Shown in pieces: positions 10,332 to 21,500 of a stretch of DNA of 64,000 nt (within the stretch, counting starts at the first letter, position 1; each line of letters begins with the position of its first letter). A program made the translations under genes and the position numbers. The notes under the pieces are model-generated. The model did no database searches. It was not told where the DNA came from and was given only the letters and a program-made list of their open reading frames with translations. The DNA is from an uncultured Acidiferrobacteraceae bacterium (GTDB lineage: Bacteria; Pseudomonadota; Gammaproteobacteria; Arenicellales; UBA868). The stretch is from the NCBI GenBank assembly GCA_964343365.1, contig CAYFJI010000001.1, positions 31,102 to 95,101 on the forward strand, in the 5' to 3' direction.

Positions 10332-12068
10332 ATGCTTAAGGAAGTTCGTTCTTTGCTAGAACAATCAATAGCTTCTATTGAGGAAGTGGATAAGGCTATT
10401 AGACAAAATAATATCGTTTTTCAAGTCCATCACATACGGCATCAAAATCATGGAGACATCGCTAGTAATGTAGCGATGTTATTGTCAAAGTCGTTAAGGG
10501 CAGATTCTCGCCAAGTCGCAAAAAAAATCTTAAATAATCTTCCTCTTTCTGACCTTGTTGAACGGGTAGAAGTAGCGGGACCCGGATTCATTAATTTTTT
10601 CCTTACTAATGAAGCATGGTCTAAGGTCATAAAAGATATCCAAGTTAATGGTGCAGCTTACGGATGCAGTAATGAAGGCAAGGATAAGCATGTGTTGATC
10701 GAGTATGTGTCCTCTAATCCCACTGGCCCATTGCACGTTGGTCATGGTCGTGGCGCGGCTTATGGTGATGCGCTGGCCAGGATATTTCGGGCCACAGGTT
10801 TTACCACAGAGTGTGAATACTACATAAACGATGCTGGTCGACAAATAGACATACTGGTATTAAGTGTATGGTTACGTTATTTAGAGCTTTTGGGAAAGTC
10901 TTTTACATTTCCAGATGGCGCATATCAGGGCGACTACATAGTTGATTTAGCCAATAATTTATTAGAACAGGATGGAGATTTGCACTGTGGAAACTTAGGG
11001 GCGCTTATGCAATCTCTACCAAGCTCCTTAGATTCGAAAATTGATTTATTGGTAACTCGTATGAAGGAGCAACTCAATAATGAAGCTTTTTCGAAAATTC
11101 GAACACTCGCAGTCGATAAGATAGTATCTAGTATTGAGAAAGATCTTCGTCAATTTAATGTTGAGTTTGATGCCTGGTATGCGGAAAGTAGCCTAATCAA
11201 ATCCGGCGCCTTAGATCGTGTGTTAGATAAACTTAAAACGAGTGGGCATCTATATCAGGAGAATGGTGCATGGTGGTTTCGCAGTAGTGAATTAGGAGAT
11301 GAAAAAGATCGAGTAGTGATTCGAGCAAACGGAAGCCACACCTATTTTGCTTCAGATATAGCCTACCATATAGATAAATACGATCGAGATTACGATTGGC
11401 TTATAAACGTTTGGGGCTCAGATCATCATGGTTATATATCTCGCATAAAAGCATCAATGGGAGTCCTTAACAGGAATGCTGATAACCTAGAAATATTAAC
11501 AGTACAATTTGCGACTTTATATCGTGACGGTGAAAAAATAGCAATGTCGACCCGTAGCGGAGAATTTGTGACATTGCGGGATTTGTATGAAGAGGTTGGG
11601 GTAGATGCTGCTAGGTTTTTCTATGTCTCGCATAAACCTGAGCAACATATGGACTTCGATCTTGATCTTGCAAAAACTCAATCGTCTGACAACCCTGTGT
11701 ATTATGTCCAGTATGCTCATGCTCGAATTTGTAGTGTGTTTAAACAAATGGAAAATCGAGCTATAACTTATGATCTGGGCAAGGCAAATTTAATCCTTTT
11801 GAGGGAGCCACAAGAACTTGATTTGTTACGATCGCTATCACGTTACCCTGAGATAGTAAATCAAGCGTCGAGAAAATGTGAGCCCCACCAAATAGCCTAC
11901 TTTTGTAGAGAATTAGCTAATGATTTTCATACATATTACAACGCATATCCTTTCCTGGAGTCAGAGGATAGTTTACGATTAGCCCGGTTGTCGCTGATTG
12001 ATTCAATTCGGCAAGTACTCAAAAATTCATTAACCCTTTTAGGCGTCACTGCACCTGAGAAAATGTAA
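10332..12068 (+). CDS. argS: Arginine--tRNA ligase
   Basis: 578 aa class I aaRS with HVGH (PLHVGHGR), an MSTRSG (KMSKS-equivalent) motif and a C-terminal DALR-type anticodon-binding region. Confidence 0.95.
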   Translation: MLKEVRSLLEQSIASIEEVDKAIRQNNIVFQVHHIRHQNHGDIASNVAMLLSKSLRADSRQVAKKILNNLPLSDLVERVEVAGPGFINFFLTNEAWSKVIKDIQVNGAAYGCSNEGKDKHVLIEYVSSNPTGPLHVGHGRGAAYGDALARIFRATGFTTECEYYINDAGRQIDILVLSVWLRYLELLGKSFTFPDGAYQGDYIVDLANNLLEQDGDLHCGNLGALMQSLPSSLDSKIDLLVTRMKEQLNNEAFSKIRTLAVDKIVSSIEKDLRQFNVEFDAWYAESSLIKSGALDRVLDKLKTSGHLYQENGAWWFRSSELGDEKDRVVIRANGSHTYFASDIAYHIDKYDRDYDWLINVWGSDHHGYISRIKASMGVLNRNADNLEILTVQFATLYRDGEKIAMSTRSGEFVTLRDLYEEVGVDAARFFYVSHKPEQHMDFDLDLAKTQSSDNPVYYVQYAHARICSVFKQMENRAITYDLGKANLILLREPQELDLLRSLSRYPEIVNQASRKCEPHQIAYFCRELANDFHTYYNAYPFLESEDSLRLARLSLIDSIRQVLKNSLTLLGVTAPEKM

Positions 12069-12074
12069 AATCTT

Positions 12075-12707
12075 ATGTCTCAGGGGCCTCAACATCGAAA
12101 ATATGAGCGAAATCAGGAAAGCACGCGATTAATTTTTCGTTTTGGCTGGTTAACACTTTTCACAGGAATCTTGGTTGGGGCGCTTGCCGTAGCTTTCTAC
12201 AGCGGAATCAGAAGTGGAGACCCACATCGTTTGGGTAGTGGTTTGACTCAATTATTTGAAAAGCCTTCAAATGAGAAAAAAAAGGTGATAGAAAAAAAAT
12301 CAGTGAGTAGCCGGGAACCAGTTAGAACTACTTTTGATTTTTTTACTGTGTTGCCAGAAATTGAACGTTTGATCCCCGAGGTTCCTGACAGTACTAATAC
12401 TAAGTTGTTTTCTGAGATAGATAAATCTGTTAATGGCGAGGAGTACGGCAATATAAAAGATTCTGAGGGTTATTATATGTTGCAAGTTGCCTCATATAAT
12501 TCAGAAGTCGAAGCTATTCAAATGAAAAATAAACTTAGGGATGCTGGATTTAGTGTTAGTATTCAGCATATTAGTATCCAAGATCAGGGTGACTTTTACC
12601 GTGTTCGTATCGGCCCCTTTTTTTCTATGAATGCATTGGAAAAAGTAAATGGCCGTTTATCTCGTATGAAAATCGAGGCTCTCCGACTTAAAGTGTCACG
12701 TCCTTAG
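12075..12707 (+). CDS. SPOR-domain membrane protein (septal peptidoglycan binding)
   Basis: One N-terminal TM helix, a low-complexity linker and a C-terminal SPOR-like repeat (YMLQVASYNSEVEAIQMKNKLRDAGF...FYRVRIGPF). It sits 6 nt after argS. Confidence 0.75.
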   Translation: MSQGPQHRKYERNQESTRLIFRFGWLTLFTGILVGALAVAFYSGIRSGDPHRLGSGLTQLFEKPSNEKKKVIEKKSVSSREPVRTTFDFFTVLPEIERLIPEVPDSTNTKLFSEIDKSVNGEEYGNIKDSEGYYMLQVASYNSEVEAIQMKNKLRDAGFSVSIQHISIQDQGDFYRVRIGPFFSMNALEKVNGRLSRMKIEALRLKVSRP

Positions 12708-12709
12708 CA

Positions 12710-14392
12710 ATGAAATCTGATAAATGCCCAAGTAGAAGTGGTGGAAAGATTTTAGTAGATGCTTTAATTTCTCATGGCGTTAGTCATTTGTTTTGCGTTC
12801 CCGGAGAAAGTTATTTGCCTGTATTGGATGCCTTGTTTGATCAGGATTCGATCCAGACTATTACTTGTCGTCAGGAAGGTGGCGCAGCAATGATGGCAGA
12901 TGCATACGGAAAGCTTACAGATAAACCCGGAGTGTGTTTTGTAACAAGAGGACCTGGAGGGACTAATGCGGCGTCAGGTTTACACGTTGCTCAACAGGAT
13001 TCGACGCCATTGATTCTTTTTATTGGCCAAGTTCATAAGAGTATGGCAGGTAGAGAAGCTTTTCAAGAGGTTGACTTCAAACTTATGTTTGGCTCCATTG
13101 CTAAGCTCGTCGAGCAGATTGACGACCCAAAACGCATTCCCGAGATTATTAGTCGTGCTTTCCACACCGCGGTCAATGGTCGACCAGGCCCGGTTGTAAT
13201 CACGCTGCCGGAAGATATGCTTCTAGTACCTGCTGAGGTGGAGAATATGGAAGCTTACAGAAAGACTGAGCCTAGTATTGGAGATTTCGAGGTTAAATCA
13301 TTAAAACTTTTGCTTTCTAACTCAAAGAGGCCTTTAGTGATATCAGGAGGACGGTCATGGTCGAAAGAAGCACGTAAAGCTTTTCATAACTTTGCGGCCG
13401 TTTGGAATTTACCGGTTGCAGCAGCATTCCGTTACCAAGATTGTTTTGATAATAGTGATGATCATTATGTCGGAGATGTTGGAATTGGTATTAACCCAAG
13501 ATTGAGATCTGCGATTCTAAACGCAGATCTATTGATAGTGTTTTGTGTGAGGCTTGGTGAAATCACAACTTCAGGATATAAATTAATCGATGTTCCAAAG
13601 CCGAAACAGCTTCTTATACATGTTTACCCTGGTGCCGAAGAATTAGGGCGCGTTTATCGTCCGACATTGGCAATTAACGCAGGACCAAACCGTTTATTCA
13701 AGGCTTTAGGTGAGATAGAACCATCGTGTGAGCTCTCTTGGGACAAATGGCGCAAGGATTTGAGAGAATCCTATGTTAATTGGTCTAAACCAAAATCCCA
13801 ACCTGAGCTAGTTCAGTTAGGTAACATTATTCAAGATATATACAATGAACTCCCCCCTGATGCGATAATTTCAAACGGCGCAGGAAACTATACAGCTTGG
13901 CTCCATCGTTATTACAAATATCGAGAATCAGGGACTCAGCTCGGGCCGACTTCAGGTTCGATGGGTTATGGATTGCCCGCAGCTATCGCTGCTAAACTTT
14001 TAAACCCTAGTCGGATAGTTGTTGCCTTCGCGGGTGACGGATGTTTCCTTATGACCGGCCAAGAGTTGGCGACAGCGGTGCAATATAGTTTGGGGATTGT
14101 AATTATTGTTATAAATAATAGTATGTATGGGACGATCCGAATGCATCAGGAAAGATTATATCCTGGCAGAGTTATCGGAACTGATTTGCGCAATCCAGAT
14201 TTTTGTACATATGCTAGGGCGTTCGGCGCAGATGCTGAAAAGGTGCAACAAACAAAGCATTTCCTACCCGCATTTCAAAAAGCACTCTCGCGAAATAGAC
14301 TAAGTTTAATAGAAGTTATTACTGACCCCGAAGTAATTAGCCCTAGCAGCACTATTAAAGAGCTCCAAACCTCGAAAGGCATTACTAACTAA
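12710..14392 (+). CDS. Thiamine-diphosphate-dependent enzyme, acetolactate-synthase-like; substrate unknown
   Basis: 560 aa with three-domain ALS-like collinearity: an N-terminal PYR domain (GPGGTNA) and a C-terminal PP domain with GDGCF...NNSMYG, the ThDP/Mg motif. Confidence 0.8.
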   Translation: MKSDKCPSRSGGKILVDALISHGVSHLFCVPGESYLPVLDALFDQDSIQTITCRQEGGAAMMADAYGKLTDKPGVCFVTRGPGGTNAASGLHVAQQDSTPLILFIGQVHKSMAGREAFQEVDFKLMFGSIAKLVEQIDDPKRIPEIISRAFHTAVNGRPGPVVITLPEDMLLVPAEVENMEAYRKTEPSIGDFEVKSLKLLLSNSKRPLVISGGRSWSKEARKAFHNFAAVWNLPVAAAFRYQDCFDNSDDHYVGDVGIGINPRLRSAILNADLLIVFCVRLGEITTSGYKLIDVPKPKQLLIHVYPGAEELGRVYRPTLAINAGPNRLFKALGEIEPSCELSWDKWRKDLRESYVNWSKPKSQPELVQLGNIIQDIYNELPPDAIISNGAGNYTAWLHRYYKYRESGTQLGPTSGSMGYGLPAAIAAKLLNPSRIVVAFAGDGCFLMTGQELATAVQYSLGIVIIVINNSMYGTIRMHQERLYPGRVIGTDLRNPDFCTYARAFGADAEKVQQTKHFLPAFQKALSRNRLSLIEVITDPEVISPSSTIKELQTSKGITN

Positions 14393-14394
14393 TC

Positions 14395-15186
14395 ATGAAT
14401 CATTTGTTGAATCTTGATCGATATCCAATTGCAAACCTCGGAGAAGCTGATGGGAAAGCACTGGTGCGTCGCAGTGTGGAATGCTTAATGCGAACTGGTA
14501 TCTTGACACTCCCAGGCTTTGTTCTTGAGGAAACAATACGAAAAATAAACGAAGATTTAAAACCCGTTTTAGCTCGATCAGCTTTTAGGCATACCAGGCA
14601 TCACAATATTTACTTCGATGATTCTTTTGATCAAATACCACCAAACCATCCAGCGCTACGCCAAGGCATGACGATGAATCATACCATTAGTGGAGATCAA
14701 ATTCCCGATAACCCTATATGTAAAATTTATCAATGGCCATCTTTGGTTAAATTTCTGAGTACTATTCTAAAAAAGAAAGCTCTTTATATTATGAGTGACC
14801 CTATTGCAGCACTTAATGTGCTTGAATACAGGCCCGGCGAACCTGCTCTCAATTGGCATTTTGATCGATCCGAATTCACTATAACTATTCTTTTATCGTC
14901 GGCTACTTTCGGTGGAAAATTTCAGTATCGTAGCTCTCTCCGAACAAAAGAGAATCCCAATTATGAAGGTATTGCTAGACTTTTAGCGGATCAAGATTCG
15001 AAAGTGAAAACCCTGTCGCTTGATCCGGGCACTTTATGTGTTTTTAGAGGTGTGGAAACAGCGCATCGAGTTACTCCCGTTATAGGTAAAGTTAGTCGAA
15101 TTGTTGCTGTGTTCTCATATTATGAGCGTCCTAATGTACGTTTTAGTCCAACGGAGTTACTGGGATTTTATGGCAGGACTGAGTAA
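14395..15186 (+). CDS. Fe(II)/2-oxoglutarate-dependent dioxygenase-like protein
   Basis: A candidate HxD...H facial triad (NWHFDRSE ... ETAHRV) in a ~260-aa protein. It starts 2 nt after the TPP enzyme. Family assignment is by eye only. Confidence 0.5.
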   Translation: MNHLLNLDRYPIANLGEADGKALVRRSVECLMRTGILTLPGFVLEETIRKINEDLKPVLARSAFRHTRHHNIYFDDSFDQIPPNHPALRQGMTMNHTISGDQIPDNPICKIYQWPSLVKFLSTILKKKALYIMSDPIAALNVLEYRPGEPALNWHFDRSEFTITILLSSATFGGKFQYRSSLRTKENPNYEGIARLLADQDSKVKTLSLDPGTLCVFRGVETAHRVTPVIGKVSRIVAVFSYYERPNVRFSPTELLGFYGRTE

Positions 15187-16676
15187 TGTTCACGAAGCAA
15201 ATTTTTTTGTATTTTTCCCATAACGTTCCTTGGGAGGGAGTTTAATCGAACGATGCGTCTGGGTACTTTGTAGCTGGCCAATTGATTTTTTAGTGCATCT
15301 ATAATTGCATTGTCATCAGATCGAAAAGACGCTTCAGTCACAATACACGCTACCAGTGCCTCTCCAAGATCAGGGTGGGATACTCCAATCACAGCTGATT
15401 CAATTATCCCAGGAATCGTATTCAGGGAGTCTTCTATTTCATTTGGATAAACATTTAATCCACCACTAATGATCAGATCACGATTGCGTCCCATTAGTGT
15501 TATACGCCCATTTGTGCTAACTGTAGCTATATCGCCCGAAATAAAGAAGCCGTCAGATCGAAATTCAGCAGTTGTTAATTCTGGCTGCCCCCAATATCCT
15601 GCAAAAACATTTGGTCCTTTTACTTCGAGCATTCCAATCTTTCCAGGCGATAATTTCATTCCATTTTCTGATGTTATGCGAACTTCAATATTGGGCAACT
15701 CAAAACCGACCGTTCCCGGTAAGCGTTTTCCATTTAAAGGATTCGATGCGATCATTCCAGCTTCAGTCATTCCATATCTCTCAAGAATTTCATGTTTTGT
15801 TTTTGACTTAAAATCAATCCATGTTTGAGGTAATAACGGTGCTGAGCCAGATATAAAAAGTCGAATGTTCTCACATAGTGATGCATTGAGAGATGGATGT
15901 TTCAGGAGTCTCGTATAAAATGTAGGTACCCCCATCATTACGGTTGCCCTCGGAAGTTGATCAATAACGAGATCGATATCAAATTTCTTGAGGTATATGA
16001 TTTTAGATGCATTAAGCATGGCACAGTGGATCGCAACGAATAGCCCGTGAACATGAAATACTGGTAGTGCATGGAGCAACACGTCTCCAGGCTGGAATCC
16101 CCAAATATGATGAAGCGTTTGGCCATTACTCGATAGATTGCCATGGGTTAGAACTACACCCTTAGGTTTTCCAGTAGTCCCAGAGGTATAAAGAATAGCC
16201 GCAGGTTGGTTATTCTTAGTTTCATTTATCAGGTTAAATGGCTCACAATTATTTGCTAAATCTATAAATGAACCTTCGTTAGATGCATTTATTGTTGCTA
16301 TTTTTGCACCTATCTGTTTTGCTGCTGCTATTTTACCTTTATCTTTTTTATTTCTTAAAATGACTACGGTGGGTCGAGCGTTATCCAAAAAATATTTGAA
16401 CTCACGATCAGTGTAAGTCGGATTCAGTGGTACGAAAATAGCCCCTAAACGAAGTGCCGCCAGATATATCAATACAGCTTCAGGAGATTTATCAATGGAG
16501 GCCAAGAGGCGCTGGCCTCTATCAATACCTAAATTTTTTAGTGCAGCGGCAAATATCGACGTTAATCTATCGATATCGTTGTAGGTGATCGATCGATCAT
16601 TCGGTATCTCGATGAATGTAGCATCATCATTTTTGGAAAATCGATCGCGCAGAATTTTGTACAGGTTTTCGCTCAA
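15168..16676 (-). CDS. AMP-forming acyl-CoA synthetase, malonyl-CoA synthetase (MatB)-like
   Basis: Adenylation motifs YTSGTTGKPKGV and GYWG are present. The N-terminal ~110 aa are collinear with rhizobial MatB as I remember it. The 3' end overlaps the convergent dioxygenase gene by 19 nt. Confidence 0.7.
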   Translation of the reverse strand: MSENLYKILRDRFSKNDDATFIEIPNDRSITYNDIDRLTSIFAAALKNLGIDRGQRLLASIDKSPEAVLIYLAALRLGAIFVPLNPTYTDREFKYFLDNARPTVVILRNKKDKGKIAAAKQIGAKIATINASNEGSFIDLANNCEPFNLINETKNNQPAAILYTSGTTGKPKGVVLTHGNLSSNGQTLHHIWGFQPGDVLLHALPVFHVHGLFVAIHCAMLNASKIIYLKKFDIDLVIDQLPRATVMMGVPTFYTRLLKHPSLNASLCENIRLFISGSAPLLPQTWIDFKSKTKHEILERYGMTEAGMIASNPLNGKRLPGTVGFELPNIEVRITSENGMKLSPGKIGMLEVKGPNVFAGYWGQPELTTAEFRSDGFFISGDIATVSTNGRITLMGRNRDLIISGGLNVYPNEIEDSLNTIPGIIESAVIGVSHPDLGEALVACIVTEASFRSDDNAIIDALKNQLASYKVPRRIVRLNSLPRNVMGKIQKNLLREHYSVLP

Positions 16677-16989
16677 ATACCACCACCCTATTTGTTAATT
16701 AGCCAGTGTGCAGCACTTACTCCATAGACAATTTTAGCAACAAACCAAGAATGATATTAAAAAAAGCCAATCGACAAAATATATGCGAAAATTTACATAT
16801 TGGACTCATAAATAAGATCAGATTGTTCAAAAATGGGCTTTATAGAAACAAATTTTGTAGGGAGAAGAACAGTCGTTGAGCTATATGAAAAAAAAGTTTA
16901 TCCTGATCTCCAGGTTTCAGGAAAAAGACGACTACTTTGAAAGTTAAGTTGTGCGTAGATTGTCTAGATCAAAACTAACGGAGAAAAAA

Positions 16990-17334
16990 ATGTCTGAATT
17001 CAGTGAATTGAAATGCGAGGCCTGCCGGGTAGGCGCTCCTCTGGCGACGGCTAAAGAATTAAATGCGTTTTTGAGTGCACATAGCAGTTGGACATTAACC
17101 GATTTTGATGGTGTAACTATTATTCAGAAAACATTTAAATTTTTGAATTTTGTTGATGCCCTTGCTTTTACTAACAATGTAGGTGATATAGCTGAGAAAG
17201 AGGGTCACCATCCAGCCTTATTAACGGAATGGGGAAAAGTTACAGTCAAGTGGTGGACCCATAAAATTTCTGGCTTGCATCTAAATGATCTAATCATGGG
17301 CGCACGCACCGATGATTTATATGAGTCGAAATGA
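16990..17334 (+). CDS. phhB: Pterin-4a-carbinolamine dehydratase (PCD/DCoH)
   Basis: The EGHHPALLTEWGKVTVKWWTH motif is the PCD signature. The ATG at 16990 is preferred over the listed GTG at 16951. No phenylalanine hydroxylase gene is adjacent. Confidence 0.85.
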   Translation: MSEFSELKCEACRVGAPLATAKELNAFLSAHSSWTLTDFDGVTIIQKTFKFLNFVDALAFTNNVGDIAEKEGHHPALLTEWGKVTVKWWTHKISGLHLNDLIMGARTDDLYESK

Positions 17335-17399
17335 TATTAGAACAAAGATTTATCGTGCTTAGAATATGTTCGAATGATTCATGTTGAGATCATCATTGG

Positions 17400-18374
17400 A
17401 TGGATAGAACTGAACGTTTTTACACCATAGATCGACTCTTACGCAGTCATCGGGGTATTTCTTTAAAAAAAATGATGGATGAACTAGAAGTCTCTAGAGC
17501 AACAATTCGACGAGATTTAGAATATATGCGAGATCGCATGGCAGCCCCGATCGTATGGGATCGTGTTCAAAGGGGCTATCGATACGAGGACATGGATAAC
17601 GAAGATCAACGTTATGTTTTGCCGGGCCTTTGGTTTAACGCATCTGAGATATATGCACTATTGACCATGAATCATTTGTTGAGTCGATTGAAGCCAGGCC
17701 TGTTGGAATCTCATATAGAGCCATTAAAAGATCGAGTCCGCCGGTTATTGGGTAGTGGGGATCATTCGGCAAAAGAGGTTGAGCGTCGAATTCATATATT
17801 ACATATAGGAGCTCGACCAGTAGACTCAGCTGTATTTGAAACTATCACTAGTGCAGTTTTACGTCGTCGCAGGTTACTGATACGCCACTTAAATAGACGG
17901 ACAGAAACACATATGGAACGGACGATATCCCCGCAAAGGCTCGTTTATTATAGAGATAATTGGTATCTAGACAGCTGGTGTCATAGTCGTAATGCATTGA
18001 GAAGTTTTTCAGTTGATGCAATAGAGCATATTGTCCTTTTAGAGAATGAATCAGCGCAAGAAATGCCTGATGAACAACTTGAAAAATTGTTAGCTACTGG
18101 ATACGGTATTTTTGGTGGCGAGAATACTTATGAAGCCGTGATCAGATTTACCCCAAGAGCTGCTCGATGGGTATCAAGGGAAAGATGGCATTCTCAGCAA
18201 CGCAGTTCATATGAAAAGGATGGAAGCTATTTGCTAACCGTGCCTTATTCCAATGAAACAGAGTTGATTATGGATATTTTGCGACATGGGCCGGATGCAG
18301 AAGTTATATCGCCGATGAGCTTGAGAAAGAGTGTTATAGCTCGCCTGAGAGAAGCAAATGAACTTTACTCCTAG
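17400..18374 (+). CDS. WYL-domain transcriptional regulator (HTH-WYL-WCX, YafY/PafBC-like architecture)
   Basis: An N-terminal winged HTH (LEVSRATIRRDLEYMRD), a central domain containing the literal W-Y-L motif (YYRDNWYLDSWC) and a C-terminal extension. Same strand as recC, 187 bp upstream. Confidence 0.8.
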   Translation: MDRTERFYTIDRLLRSHRGISLKKMMDELEVSRATIRRDLEYMRDRMAAPIVWDRVQRGYRYEDMDNEDQRYVLPGLWFNASEIYALLTMNHLLSRLKPGLLESHIEPLKDRVRRLLGSGDHSAKEVERRIHILHIGARPVDSAVFETITSAVLRRRRLLIRHLNRRTETHMERTISPQRLVYYRDNWYLDSWCHSRNALRSFSVDAIEHIVLLENESAQEMPDEQLEKLLATGYGIFGGENTYEAVIRFTPRAARWVSRERWHSQQRSSYEKDGSYLLTVPYSNETELIMDILRHGPDAEVISPMSLRKSVIARLREANELYS

Positions 18375-18561
18375 GGTCAGGTGTCCATTTTTATAAAATT
18401 AAAAAATATCTTTAAGAATTTAAACTTCTCATGGCCAAATAAAGTTGGTTTCAGATGTTATTTTTGATTCAATTTAGTGGGTCATCTGGAGAGACACTTA
18501 GTGGTAGAGAATCTATCCATATTAAATCCAACCAATTTTAATTTATGATTTGCGCTTCTAT

Positions 18562-21500
18562 ATGTTGCATTTACGCATTGGTAATCAGTTAGAACAATTA
18601 TCAAATCGTCTAATAGTCGATTTAGGTAGACCGGCTAAGAGTGTTTTTGACCCAGAGCCTGTCATAGTTCCTGGGATGGCTGTTGCTCGTTGGCTTTCAC
18701 TTCGAATGGCGCAACAAACAGGTATATCTGCCAACATTTTTTGGCAATTACCGGCAGATCTGGTTTGGTTCCTATTTCAGAAAATTCTGAAAAACGTGCC
18801 AAAGACAAATGGTTTTACTTCAGATGCCTTAGTTTGGAGAATATATGATGCCTTTTCTGACATTCAGTTTATTAGCAAGCATGAATCGCTGCGCAATTAT
18901 CTAGAAGAGGGGGACCCTATAAAGAGGTGGCAATTATCAGAGAAAATTGGTCAACTTTTTGAGCAGTACCTCATTTATCGGCCTGATTGGATATTTGAAT
19001 GGGAGCGGAAATCAATTAATCATTGGCAGGCAGAGCTTTGGGTATATTTAATTGATAAAGGCGTAGCCGAGCATTGGTTGATCTTGCAGAATAAGATGTT
19101 GCAACTTTTGGATACAGATGAATCTATATTGGTTACGTTGCCTGAACGTATAAATATTTTTGCGGTTCCTACGCTGTCCACAGTTTACCTAAACATGCTT
19201 CAGGTTTTGTCGAGACACATTGATGTGGTGGTTTATCACAATAATTTTACAAAAATTCACTGGGTTTGGACAAAATCTATTTTTGATAGCAATGATCATG
19301 AGAAACAATTAATTTCAAATAGTGAATTATTTAAAGATGAACAGGAAACGAATGCCCTTCTTTTTGCAATGGGTCGGCAATGTAGCGAACAAATGAATCT
19401 TTTAATTGAGCTCGATAGTCTCGTAGAGGAAGAGTTTATTATGCCCAGTGTCACTGGGTTACTCGGTTGCATTCAAAAAGATGTCTTTATAGCGAGAATA
19501 CCAATTAAAAATAGCAAGTTTGAAGTAAATGAAAGTGACAAATCTTTGCAAATCCACATATGTCATGGGATTATGCGAGAGGTAGAAGTTTTGCACGATC
19601 AAATACTTGATGTATTACAGACAAATAAGGATTTGTCGCCGTCCGATATTTTAGTTTTAGCTCCCGACATTGAGGTATACGCTCCGTACATTAGCTCAAT
19701 TTTTGGGTCTGCTTCTGGAGATTGTCGTGTACCTTGGCACCTAAAAAATTCGGTATCGATTCATGGAGGCTCATTAATCGATACATTTTTCTTGTTATTA
19801 GATTTGCCTTTCCATAGGTTTGAGATTGATAAAATAGGTGAAATCCTTGAAGGAAATTCATTAAGAAGTCGTTTCAAAATTTCTGATATCGACAAAGAAA
19901 AGATTCTTTCATGGATTAAAGATATTGGTATTTATTGGGAGTTTGACCAGCATGAGATTGATGAACTTAATTCTTTGATACTGCATAAGTATACATGGAA
20001 AGCGGGTATTGATCGATTATTGTTGAGTTACGCTTACGGTAAGGATGTGACATCATTACCTGAATTTTCGTCGGCTATAGAATTTGATCAAGAAGAGGCG
20101 GCTACTATCGGTTGTTTGAAAACAATTATTGATAAATTACTTTGTTTACGTCAGGATCTGAAGAATCCGCGTCGGCTAAATGACTGGGTCGATCTTTCTA
20201 ATAAAATTATCGAAGAGTTTTTCGAAATTGATAACGAAATCGACGATATTATTTTACTTCGCAAATCTCTTGAAGAGTTTTTAAAGATTTCAACTGCAGG
20301 TCATTCTCTAACTGACATGTCATTGGTAGTTTTTCGAGAGGCTCTCAGAAAGAACATAAAGAAACAACCAGCAACTCAACAAGTCACCGGAGCCGTAATG
20401 TTTGCATCCTTATCACAAGGAAATATAGTACCGGCTCAAGTGATATATATCCTGGGCCTAAATCAAGATTCCTTCCCTCGCAGAGAAAATAGGTACATTT
20501 TTGATCTAATAAAGATGTATCCAAGAGTCGGAGACAAGCGATTACGTGATGAAGATGGCCATGCTTTCTTCGAGGCAATTTTGTCCGCTCGCCATCGGCT
20601 TTATCTGAGTTATGTTGGCAGAGACGCAACTGATGAAACTGAATATTTGCCTTCCGCATTGTTATCCGCATTAATTGATTATATTGATGAGATCTGCAAA
20701 AAAAATAATGGGGTTTCAGGTAGTACAGCTATAACGACAAATCACCCATTGCATCCTTTCAGTTTTGATTATTACAATAAATTCGCTAAAAATATTTTTA
20801 GTTATTCCAATAATTTTATGCCTCCCATGAAGGCAGATCCACTTCCAATTCGACCGCTACTTAGAGAATCTTTGCCTCCAATCTCCGATGAATATATATC
20901 ACTAGAGAGACTAAACCGGTTTTTTTTGAATCCATCAAGGATGTTAATAAAAGATCGCCTAGGAATTCATCTGGAGCGCCCTAAGGATGTTGCATCAATT
21001 TTTGAACCAATAGCTTTTGCACGATCTACACGCCGGCGTGTGACCGACTTTGTTGTTAATGCAAGGTTGCATGATGAGAGCTATGAGTGCGTTTTTAATA
21101 GACTGAAGATTAGTGGAAAAATGCCAGTGGGGATCTCCGCAGAGCTACTTTTAGATGATGTTTGGTTAGAGACGACATCACTTGTGTCTAAATTAAGACC
21201 TTTTATATCAGAATGTTTTACGAAAAATAAAAAAATAGAAATCAATGTTGATGGTATGCAGTTAAACGATGTCATTCCAGACTTCGGCGACAATGGGCTA
21301 ATAAGATATACAGTCACAGATTCAAACGAAGCTTTTTTCCCTATTAAATTGATAGAGTTTTGGATTTTGCATTTAGCGGCAAATTCAATTAGTGAGGGAC
21401 CCTCTATTGCAACCCGGATTTTTACACCTAAAAAAAATTTCAGTCTGCGTCCAACAGTTCATTCACTAGAGTTATTGAAAGACTTGGTTCTCCTATATAG

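Noticed and set aside
18474-18504. A direct repeat TTAGTGG-n17-TTAGTGG (18474-18480 and 18498-18504), 58 bp upstream of recC, as a possible WYL-regulator operator.
   Set aside because: For a ~190-bp AT-biased spacer, roughly one repeated 7-mer is expected by chance (about 18000 position pairs versus 16384 possible 7-mers). On its own it carries no weight and is only worth testing in a footprint.
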